From the NCBI GenBank assembly GCA_947085355.1, contig CAMTWF010000109.1, forward strand, positions 1 to 57,544: a stretch of 57,544 nucleotides of DNA, in the 5' to 3' direction. The translations under genes and the position numbers were made by a program. Numbering within the stretch: position 1 is the stretch's first letter; each line of letters begins with the position of its first letter. The notes under the pieces are model-generated. The model had not been told where the DNA came from. It did not search any database and was given only the letters and a program-made list of their open reading frames with translations. The stretch comes from an uncultured delta proteobacterium. Its GTDB lineage: Bacteria > Myxococcota_A > Polyangia > DRWM01 > JAAZOP01. This document shows positions 8,052 through 16,010 of this stretch, piece after piece.

Positions 8052-10699
8052 TGGCGCTTTCTCCTCGTCTTCCCATGCCGACGGTTGCGGGATGGATCGT
8101 GCGCCGGCCGCGTGCCTTCCTCCACCAGAGCGATGAGCCCGGCTTCGGAAAGGCCGATCTCGCTCCAGGCGCTGAGGGTATCGCGCCAGATCTGCGTTGT
8201 CCTCGCGCGCGCCTCGCGGAGAGGCACAGCGAGACGACGGATGCGCTCGGTGACGCGGCTCTCGACCTCGTCGCCCAGGAGGGGCCGGAGCGGTGCCAGC
8301 TCGCGGAGCCACCACGCGATCCAGGCAGGCTCGGTCGGTGCTGGAAAACCGCCCACGAGGCCACTCGCCCAAGCACGGCCCACCTCCGCGATCTCGTGCC
8401 AGTCGGCTCCGGCGGCCGCGAGCAGGCGGACGGTTTCCCTGGCTGACTGCGCGGTCGGCAGGGCGTCGGGCGCGGGCAGGATCTGCCGCAGCGCCTGCTT
8501 CCACCACCCTGCGTCGAGGGCGTAGCCGAGCCGTCGCAGCGCTCGCCACAGAGCGTCCACGTCCCCGGTGGACGGCTTCGGACCCAGGAGGCTCGGCGCG
8601 ATGGCCTCGGCGGGGACAACGCCCACGGCCTGCCGGAGGAGGTCGTCGCGCTCGTCGGGCCGGGCCGCGAGCAGGCTCTGCCAGAGTTCGATCGCCCGCT
8701 CGCGAAACGCTGCGGGGACGATGTCGCGCAGGGCGCGGGTCTGGTCGATCCAGACCCGCAGTCCTTGCGGCGAGACCGGCTCCGGCACCTCCCGGAGCAG
8801 CCGTCGAGCCCAGTTAGCCAGCTCGGACCTGTCGAGCGTGCGCTGCGCTGCGGCCGCCACAGCGGCGATGTCCGAGCCGGTCCAGGAAGCGACGCGAAGG
8901 CACGCATCCCGCGCGTCACGCCATCGCGGGGTCCCGCGCGCCGCGTCCTTGCCCCATCGACCGGTGGCCGCACTGTCGATCGCGAGGAGCGTTTCGAGCG
9001 GCTCCGGATCCTGTGCGACCGAACGTGGTCGCACCCACGCTTCCACTGCGCCCTCCACAAGCGTCGAGGCTGCAACGCCATCGGGCGCGGCCCTGGCCAG
9101 GACCGAGAGCAGAGCGTCCCGGGTGCCTCCGCCGTGCGCGAGCACCGCCTTCAGGCCCTCGTTCCACGCCTCGACGGCCGGGGCCTCGATCACTCCCCGT
9201 TCCAGCGAGGGCACGAGGACCCGTACAAGAGCTCCGAGACGGCGCAGGACGACGATCCGCGCCAGGCCAGGGCACAGTTCGACGGCCAGCTGGACGAGTT
9301 CGCGCCACGCCGCCTCGTCCGCCCGGAAGGTGACGCGCGCAACGGCCAGCCGCAGGTCCGTTCGTTCGAGGGCGGCCGAAGCTTCGACATCGGGATCCGG
9401 GCGCGCCTCGTCGAGGGTTCCCCCCGCGGACAACGCCGGGGCGCGGCCGGCGCTGGTGCGCGCTTGCGCTCCGAACGCCGCCCCGATCAATCCCGCGCGT
9501 ATTTCGACGGCGGCTCCGGCGGCGAGCACGCCCACGAGTTCCATAGCGATGCGCTGCGGACCGGCGCCTACCTGGACATCGTCCAGGACGAGACCAGAAC
9601 GTCCATCGGCAACCATCGCGCACGGCAGTGCATCCTGCGACGACGTGCGCACGCCCAGGACGGGGCTCGAACCGTCTCCCCACGCCAGCACGCCCGCCGA
9701 CTCTGCACCGACGACAAGCACGCGGACGCCGCGCTGGGCGGCCGCATCGATCTCACGTTCCATCCCCTCCATCTCGGTCCAGGCCGCGTGGAGCACGATC
9801 TCGGCGCGCGCGCCGCCGACCAGGCGCGCGGCCGCAGCCGGCACGTCGGCGACGGGGACGGTGGCAGCCACCTTGCGGCGCCACTGATCGAACGTCATTC
9901 CGACCGACCGCCGCAATCGGTCACTCGCGGACCAGGCGCCCGATACGGGTCTGTTGGCAAGACCCACGTCCGCGACGGGGTCGCACGCGCGAAGGTAGTC
10001 CAGCGACTTCCCCGAGAGGCCAGGAGCGCGCAGGTCGAGGTCGCCGGAGAGACCGATCCGCATCTCCACGCTCACGGGCGTCCACTGGACGCTCGGAAAG
10101 CCGCTTCTCGGCGGCCCGACTTGCCGAACCTCGCCGTCGCCGCGGACCAGGTCGGCGTGATAGCGACGAACGATCTCCCGCGCGCGGTCTAGGCCGACCG
10201 ATTCGCGGGCCGTCGGCAGGTCGCGCGTCCGGGGAAACGTCATCGGGACGGTCGCGCGTCGCTCCGGCGGCTCCCTGATCGACTCGTCGGTCAGGGCGTC
10301 GAAGTAGAAGGTCTCCCCGTGCGCGGCCGGTTCTCCCTCGATCAGCCCGCGCCGGTATAGGTCGTAGCCCGTCGGAGAGAAGTCGAGCTCCGGCAGGCCT
10401 GCCTGTTCGGGCGGCGGATTCTCCGAACCGTTGTTCCGGGGGCGAAGCGCGCCAAGACGGATCGTCGCGCGCAGCGCGTCCGAGAGAAACCCGGCGTCCA
10501 CCCCGAGTTCCTCGGCCACCTCTCCGAGCGTCGGCGGCGCTTCACGAAACTCATCAACGACCCGCAGGACTGCGAACTCCAGGGCCGTCAGCCTGCGCGG
10601 GTGGACGATCTCCAGGGCAACCGGGACGCACTCCACCGGCCACCAGATCTGGACGCGATGCCAGGGGGCGCCGTTTTCAGCCGAGGATCTGTCGGGCAA
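8048..10699 (-). CDS. Large hypothetical protein: N-terminal winged-helix-like segment, central PLD-fold-like segment lacking the HxK catalytic motif, helical-repeat C-half
   Basis: LTALEFAVLRVVDEF..PTLGEVAEELGVDAGFLSDALRATIRLGAL is wHTH-like. ARAEIVLHAAW....MEREIDAAAQRGVRVLVVG ... DALPCAMVADGRSGLVLDD resembles a PLD repeat with HxK replaced. The start is TTG 10699, overlapping the helicase stop by 23 nt; the start is uncertain. Confidence 0.7.
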   Translation of the reverse strand: MPDRSSAENGAPWHRVQIWWPVECVPVALEIVHPRRLTALEFAVLRVVDEFREAPPTLGEVAEELGVDAGFLSDALRATIRLGALRPRNNGSENPPPEQAGLPELDFSPTGYDLYRRGLIEGEPAAHGETFYFDALTDESIREPPERRATVPMTFPRTRDLPTARESVGLDRAREIVRRYHADLVRGDGEVRQVGPPRSGFPSVQWTPVSVEMRIGLSGDLDLRAPGLSGKSLDYLRACDPVADVGLANRPVSGAWSASDRLRRSVGMTFDQWRRKVAATVPVADVPAAAARLVGGARAEIVLHAAWTEMEGMEREIDAAAQRGVRVLVVGAESAGVLAWGDGSSPVLGVRTSSQDALPCAMVADGRSGLVLDDVQVGAGPQRIAMELVGVLAAGAAVEIRAGLIGAAFGAQARTSAGRAPALSAGGTLDEARPDPDVEASAALERTDLRLAVARVTFRADEAAWRELVQLAVELCPGLARIVVLRRLGALVRVLVPSLERGVIEAPAVEAWNEGLKAVLAHGGGTRDALLSVLARAAPDGVAASTLVEGAVEAWVRPRSVAQDPEPLETLLAIDSAATGRWGKDAARGTPRWRDARDACLRVASWTGSDIAAVAAAAQRTLDRSELANWARRLLREVPEPVSPQGLRVWIDQTRALRDIVPAAFRERAIELWQSLLAARPDERDDLLRQAVGVVPAEAIAPSLLGPKPSTGDVDALWRALRRLGYALDAGWWKQALRQILPAPDALPTAQSARETVRLLAAAGADWHEIAEVGRAWASGLVGGFPAPTEPAWIAWWLRELAPLRPLLGDEVESRVTERIRRLAVPLREARARTTQIWRDTLSAWSEIGLSEAGLIALVEEGTRPAHDPSRNRRHGKTRRKRQ

Positions 10700-13600
10700 G
10701 GCGCCTTCCCCCTGACCTGCGGATCTGTTCGATGATGTTCAGATATGCGGGGACATCCACGGGCGAGCCGCCGTCCAGCGGCGGCAGGGGAACCTGCGCG
10801 TTCTTCCACGTCTCCTCCGCGCCAACCACGACGAGGAGTCGCTGTGCGCGAGAGAGACCCACGTTAATGCGCTGAAACTCGCGGACGAAGCTGCCGAGCC
10901 TGCCCTCCTTCGAGCGCACTAGGCTGGCGATGATGATCGGCTTCTCCATCCCCTGGAAGCGGTCCACGGTGTTCGTCCGGAGCTCCATCGTACCGAAGGG
11001 CTCGGGATGCTTCGCCTTGCACGCGTCGATCGCGCCCCGGAGCAGCTTGAGCTGTGCGCCGTAGAACGTGATCACGCCGACCTCGCGCTGTGCCATCACG
11101 CGCAGACGCGAACCCGGCCGTGCCGAATCGCCTGGCTTCTGGCTGCGCCCATCGACGCGTACGCGTCGCTCCTCGAAGAGGTCGGCGATCGTCTCCGGCG
11201 CGGCGCCGCCCAGGAGCCGCGCGACGATTTCGCGCAGCGCCTTGCCCTCGTCGCTCTTGTCGATCTCGGTTTCGCGCGTCGCGCCATAGCCGAGCTTCAC
11301 GAGCTGCTGCCCGATCCGGAGCAGCAGTGCAACGACCAGGTCGACCTCCAGCCGGTTCACCTTCGAGCTGCCGGCCTGCTCGTCCCAGGCGGCAGTCCCA
11401 CCCGGATCCTTGGACGAGTCGACCCAGAGCAGGTGCTGCCGCAGCTCCAGCAGGCGACCGCCGTGGCCGTCGTCGATGTCGAGGTGATGGTCCCTGGACT
11501 TGCCGAGTGCTTTGCGGCTCGGCCCGGCCTCAAGACGCCCCTCGTAGAACTGGTTGACGGCGTCCATGATCGCCGGGTGCATGCGGTACTGGGTCCAGAG
11601 CATCGCCTTGATTGCGTCATGGGCGTCCTCGAAGAGCTCTTGGAACAAACTCGCCGTGACCATCCGCTTGAACCGATCGTAGTCCTCCCGGCGGATCTCT
11701 CCGTCCTCCGTCGCCTCGCCGAAGCTGGCGTCCCGCTCCCGGAACATGGGTGGGAGCTGCCGATGGTCGCCCACGAGCACCGCCTTGTGCCCGAGCAGCA
11801 GCGGCAGGATCAGCTCGGGCGGCGTTGCCTTGCTCACCTCGTCGACGATGACGATGTCGAAGGGCCGGAACTCGGGATCTTGCCAGACCTTGCGCTTGCC
11901 GGCCTCGTTGCAGGTCATGCCCACGACGTTGGCCCAGCGAACGTAGAGGATCTGAAGCTGCTCGCGGTCGGTGTCGCTGGCCCTGTCCAGGCGCGCGAGC
12001 CACTCTGTCTGGACCCGCCTCCACCTCCTCGCTCGCTCCACCCGATGGCCTGCTTCCTTGCGCGCGGCGGCGACGACCAGCCCGGCTTCGCGCAGGGCGG
12101 CATCGGTAGGGTCCCCGACCTCCTGCACGACGCCGGCGTCGCCCCAGGCTCGATCCCACGCCTGTCGCGCGGCCCGTAGTTCCTCTCCCACGACCCGCTC
12201 GGTCCAGAGGGCACCCTCGACGGCGGCTTCCGCTTCCCGCCGTTCCTGCTCGCGGCTTCCCAGAGCCCTCATGGCTCGCTCGTGCTCTGCCGCCACGACC
12301 GACGCGCGGTCGCGCCAGACCAGCGCGAGCGCGCCGATGGCTTCCCGCGCGCGCTTCGCGGTCGCAAGCTCGCGCTCGACGAGATCGCCGGCTTCGCGCA
12401 GCGCATCGCGGGTAGCGTTCGACGGCTCGAGCGTGTCCACGATGCCGGCAATGCAGGGTGGCGGCGCGTGGGGCCACGCGGTACGCGCAGCCCGGTGAAG
12501 ATTGCCCGTCAGACGGTTCCATCCGGCCCCCTCGATCTGCTTGATCCGGCGATTCACGACCTGGAGGCGGCGGAGTTCAGGCGCGCTGTCCGAGTCGATG
12601 AGGCCCGCCTTCTCGGCTCGCAGGCTCCTCAACTCCTGTCCGGCCTCTGGATCCGGATCTGAGCCTGCCATCAGCACTTCGATCGCGACCATGACGGCAC
12701 GAAGGGGCACCTCCCGCTGGCGGGCCCGGTCCAGCGCCGCGAGCGGTGGCAGGCTGCGGTCGAGGCCGCGAGGAAGCGAGACGAGCTTGTCCGACCACTC
12801 CACGCCGGCGTCGGCCGGCAGCGGGGCGTCGCTGGCGCACCATCGGATCAGCGAGCGCAGGCGCTCGTCCGACTTCGCGGCGTCGTCCGCAGCGCGTCGG
12901 GCCGCATCGAGTCGGGCTCGGGCGTCCTCCTCGGCGCGCCGGGCGCGCTCCGACGTGGAACGCGCGTCGTCGCTCGCCTTCGCGGCCCGCTCGTAGGTCG
13001 CCAGGGCGGTGGCCAGCGCGTCGATGGCCCGCTCGCGCCGCAGCAGCGCGGCCTCGGACTCCTGCGCGGCGTCCATGCGTCCCCGACAGTAGCCGGCGAT
13101 GTTGGCGAACCACCGGTCGATCACGTTCCCGATCAGGAACTCCTTGAACTCGTCGTCCACGCGGTCAGGGTCGCCCAGACGCAGCGCACGCACGGCCGGA
13201 GCGTCGGACAGCCGGGCCAGCGCGTTGTCCACTGCCAAGTTGGTCTGCGAGGCGACCAGGACGCGCTTGCCCTCGACGGCCGCCCGCAGGCAGATGTCGG
13301 CGATCACCGTCGTCTTGCCCGTGCCCGGCGGTCCTTGGATCAGGCACAGGTCGGGCGCGGCGAGCGCCTTACGGACCGCCTCCCGCTGGCCGGGGTTGAG
13401 ATCGCGGCCGCCGCATACCGGCGGCAGATCCTCCGGCACGTCGAGGGGCACGCTCGCACTCTTCGCGCTGAAGATGAAGTCCGCCAGCCGTGGCGAGAAG
13501 CCCTGGCTGTTGTTCAGCCGGTTGACGCCCCCGCGCTGGTTGAACAGCGGCGCCAGGTCACCCGCGATGCTCGACACCAGCAGGCCCACGGCCGGCAGGC

Positions 13601-14633
13601 CCTTCTCATCCTTCCGAACCTTGTGCCGCAGCAGTTCGGCCTGTTCCTCCTCGACCCGGATCACGACGCGGCGGTGTCCGCGATCGACGCGAACGTCGCC
13701 CCACCCGTCGCGATCGCGCTGAAGATCGATCTCCTCGACCGCTTCCACCTCTCCGAGCACGGTGACCTCCGGCTCTCGCCGCCTTCCGCGTTGCGGGTGC
13801 CTGCCGTTGCCATATCGATGTTCGCCGGCGTCCTCCTCGTCGCCGTTGTCGGCGGGCTGCACCGTCGCTCCCAACGCGAGACCGACCAGCCTGGGAGGGG
13901 GCAAGTCCCTTGCGCGAACCAGGAAGCCGAGTAGCGTCTCGCCTTCCCAACGCCATCCGTCGTAGGGCACCTTGAGCTGGTTTCGGTGGACGAGCGCCTC
14001 CTTCCAGTCGAGGTAGAGGCGCCAGGACTGGAGGCGCTCGGCCGTCACGGCGCGATGGAACGGCAGGCCCGCCAGAGACGCGAAGTCGGCATCCGTCATG
14101 AAGAAGTCGCCGCCCCAGCGAACTGGTCCACTGACCCGGACCTCGAAGTCCCGCCGCAGCACGTGTGGCGTCACCTCGATCCCCTTGATGTTCAGCCTGT
14201 CCTGCGCACGATATGCCCGGAACGCCAGTGTCAGCCCGCCCACTGCCGGCCGACGCGCCTTCGGACCTTCACACAGGGGCCGCAGGAGCAGGTCCAGCCG
14301 GTGCGCCGGTACGCCGGGATCGTAGCCGATGTTCGACACGTACATCGTGGCCGGCGCCCCGTCCGGCCAGACCTCCGTCAGGAAATCCGCAAGGCCGAAC
14401 TCCTCGGGGTCCCATTCGTTCGCATCGGCCCACGCGCGGACGAGGTCGCGGACGGGCTTCGGGATATCCACGCGGGCAACGAACGTGAGAACCAAGTCGG
14501 AGACGGGGATATCCACGACCAGCGGAGGATCCTCGCATCCCGCTTGGTCGCTGCGCGAGCAGACGCCCGCGAAAGCCGTCTGGTCATCGGGCTCGCTCAC
14601 GCCCTCTTCCTGATGGGGTGGATGAAGCAACAC
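10677..14633 (-). CDS. Superfamily-1 Upf1/DNA2-like helicase (AAA_11/AAA_12 type) with ~410-aa unknown N-domain and ~420-aa coiled-coil insertion
   Basis: Motif I is LIQGPPGTGKTT (aa ~431-442) and Ia is VASQTNLAVDNAL. A long Ala/Arg/Glu coiled-coil follows. Motif II is IVIVDEVSKA, III is VLVGDHRQLPP, IV is QYRMHPAI. Motif V is VDRFQGMEKPIII and VI is RINVGLSRAQ. GTG start at 14633; alternative GTG at 14600. Confidence 0.9.
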   Translation of the reverse strand: MLLHPPHQEEGVSEPDDQTAFAGVCSRSDQAGCEDPPLVVDIPVSDLVLTFVARVDIPKPVRDLVRAWADANEWDPEEFGLADFLTEVWPDGAPATMYVSNIGYDPGVPAHRLDLLLRPLCEGPKARRPAVGGLTLAFRAYRAQDRLNIKGIEVTPHVLRRDFEVRVSGPVRWGGDFFMTDADFASLAGLPFHRAVTAERLQSWRLYLDWKEALVHRNQLKVPYDGWRWEGETLLGFLVRARDLPPPRLVGLALGATVQPADNGDEEDAGEHRYGNGRHPQRGRRREPEVTVLGEVEAVEEIDLQRDRDGWGDVRVDRGHRRVVIRVEEEQAELLRHKVRKDEKGLPAVGLLVSSIAGDLAPLFNQRGGVNRLNNSQGFSPRLADFIFSAKSASVPLDVPEDLPPVCGGRDLNPGQREAVRKALAAPDLCLIQGPPGTGKTTVIADICLRAAVEGKRVLVASQTNLAVDNALARLSDAPAVRALRLGDPDRVDDEFKEFLIGNVIDRWFANIAGYCRGRMDAAQESEAALLRRERAIDALATALATYERAAKASDDARSTSERARRAEEDARARLDAARRAADDAAKSDERLRSLIRWCASDAPLPADAGVEWSDKLVSLPRGLDRSLPPLAALDRARQREVPLRAVMVAIEVLMAGSDPDPEAGQELRSLRAEKAGLIDSDSAPELRRLQVVNRRIKQIEGAGWNRLTGNLHRAARTAWPHAPPPCIAGIVDTLEPSNATRDALREAGDLVERELATAKRAREAIGALALVWRDRASVVAAEHERAMRALGSREQERREAEAAVEGALWTERVVGEELRAARQAWDRAWGDAGVVQEVGDPTDAALREAGLVVAAARKEAGHRVERARRWRRVQTEWLARLDRASDTDREQLQILYVRWANVVGMTCNEAGKRKVWQDPEFRPFDIVIVDEVSKATPPELILPLLLGHKAVLVGDHRQLPPMFRERDASFGEATEDGEIRREDYDRFKRMVTASLFQELFEDAHDAIKAMLWTQYRMHPAIMDAVNQFYEGRLEAGPSRKALGKSRDHHLDIDDGHGGRLLELRQHLLWVDSSKDPGGTAAWDEQAGSSKVNRLEVDLVVALLLRIGQQLVKLGYGATRETEIDKSDEGKALREIVARLLGGAAPETIADLFEERRVRVDGRSQKPGDSARPGSRLRVMAQREVGVITFYGAQLKLLRGAIDACKAKHPEPFGTMELRTNTVDRFQGMEKPIIIASLVRSKEGRLGSFVREFQRINVGLSRAQRLLVVVGAEETWKNAQVPLPPLDGGSPVDVPAYLNIIEQIRRSGGRRLARQILG

Positions 14634-14679
14634 GTCTTCCGACGCGCGCCGTGCGCGAGCGATTCACCGGAGCCGGGCC

Positions 14680-14696
14680 GGGGGGGGGGGGGGGGG
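14680..14696. repeat. G17 homopolymer (C17 on the operon sense strand), 47-63 nt upstream of the helicase start codon
   Basis: Counted directly: g at 14680, ten g at 14681-14690, six g at 14691-14696. Confidence 0.9.
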
Positions 14697-14767
14697 AACG
14701 GTTACGTTATTTGATGGTTACGGCCACCGTCACCATATCAGCGTAACCCACCGGAATTCCGGGCGTT

Positions 14768-14865
14768 ACCCGGTTCTTGTCAGCCGCCACCCGGTTCTTG
14801 TCAGCCGCCACCCGGTTCTTGTCAGCCGCCACCCGGTTCTTGTCAGCCGCCACCCGGTTCTTGTG
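14768..14865. repeat. 21-bp tandem array, 4 perfect copies plus a partial fifth (unit ACCCGGTTCTTGTCAGCCGCC)
   Basis: Perfect period of 21 with unit starts at 14768, 14789, 14810, 14831 and 14852. Degenerate relatives (cccggttct, atctccaggt) continue to ~15060. Confidence 0.95.
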
Positions 14866-15129
14866 ACGCATCTCCAGGTCTGCTCGATCCGCCTCCCGGT
14901 TCTCGGCGGCCACTTCCAGGATCGTGGAGACCAGCGTCGCATTCTTGCCGGCCATCTCCAGGTTCATGTCGACCGGCCATCCGTTCCTCGCGCGGCGTCA
15001 CCCGGTTCTCCCGCCTCGCCTCCGGCTTCGCGGGGCCCGGCTCCCGATTCACCCGGCCGACCGCTCCGTTCGCTGCCGGCGCTTCCGGGATCGTCCCGGG
15101 TGTTTCCTCTGATTTCCGGGGGGCTGTAG

Positions 15130-15771
15130 TCAGGGGGTGGTCGGCGGGCTGGTGTCGTCCTCGTCGCCCGGCTGGCGGCGGTCGAGCAGGCTGCGATACT
15201 CGCGCGACTCCCGGCCGAAGGTGTTGCGCACGACGCGCCGGAAGCGGACGAACAGCGGACGCGCGAGCATCGCCGTGTCGGCGCGGCACTGCTGCGCCTT
15301 CTGCAAGGCGTCCAGCGCCCCGGACGCCTCGCCCTGCTCCTTCACCGCGCTGTCCAGCAGCCCCACCATGGCCTTGAAGAGATCCTTCGCCCAGGCCGAC
15401 GCGGCGTGTTCCTCGAGCACATCCTCCAGATCCTCGGCCGCCCCGAGCAGGTCGTCGGGCGTGGTGAAGCTCGACGCGGCCAGGAAGGTCCGCCCGGGCG
15501 ACTTCGTCATCACGACCTCGCGGGTCTCGTCGTAGAACTTCGCGAGCGGCGCGACCGCGGCCAGCGCCTCCCGCACTTCCTTGCTCGCCCCACGCAGCAA
15601 CCTGCCGACCTCGGCGTCGGCGGCGTTGTACTTGACGATCTCGACCACCATGTCGGGCGCGATCGCCTTGATGGCGAGCATCTGGCCCTCGGGCGTCGCC
15701 ACGGCGTTGGTGATGATCCCCTGTGCCCGAGCGAACTGCCGCGTCGTGATCGTTACGGACTGCTGTGCCAT
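15130..15771 (-). CDS. Hypothetical protein (213 aa), no recognisable family
   Basis: Clean ORF with ATG 15771 preceded by GGAGAGAAGGGAG. The composition is protein-like (MAQQSVTITTRQFARAQGIITNAV...) with an acidic, proline-rich tail. Confidence 0.6.
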   Translation of the reverse strand: MAQQSVTITTRQFARAQGIITNAVATPEGQMLAIKAIAPDMVVEIVKYNAADAEVGRLLRGASKEVREALAAVAPLAKFYDETREVVMTKSPGRTFLAASSFTTPDDLLGAAEDLEDVLEEHAASAWAKDLFKAMVGLLDSAVKEQGEASGALDALQKAQQCRADTAMLARPLFVRFRRVVRNTFGRESREYRSLLDRRQPGDEDDTSPPTTP

Positions 15772-16010
15772 CGCATGACTCCCTTCTCTCCAGGCGCGCC
15801 AAGCCTCCCACCACGGCCGGCCTTTCTTCGCGCCCGTCTACCGGGGAGGGTGTCTACCAGCGGCCGGCGGGTGATGTCAACCCTCGGTGTGCGGTTTTTT
15901 TTCAACGACCCGCCAAGTCGCCAAAGACGCCGATGCCGTCCCCACATCCGATCTGCCGCAAACTTGCCCGCGCGTGCAGCAGGATGAATGATAGCGGCGG
16001 AGGTTGGAGG

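Noticed and set aside
14768-14865. Possible CRISPR array (regular 21-bp repeats). The same question applies to the heptamer, hexamer and 9-mer arrays elsewhere.
   Set aside because: The repeats are directly adjacent with no unique spacers, the units are far shorter than CRISPR repeats, and no cas genes are in the window.
14707-14967. An 86-aa ORF (MNLEMAGKNATL...DKNRVAA x5...) as a real heptad-repeat mini-protein.
   Set aside because: It has no convincing RBS and overlaps a region of degenerate DNA repeats in several frames. I keep it as an alternative explanation in the finding but do not call it a CDS.
15880-15905. A T8 run (tgcggttttttttcaacg) as a Rho-independent terminator in the divergent 15771/16011 spacer.
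   Set aside because: No adequate upstream stem could be paired, and it lies between two divergent starts, so it is more likely promoter-region AT-rich DNA.
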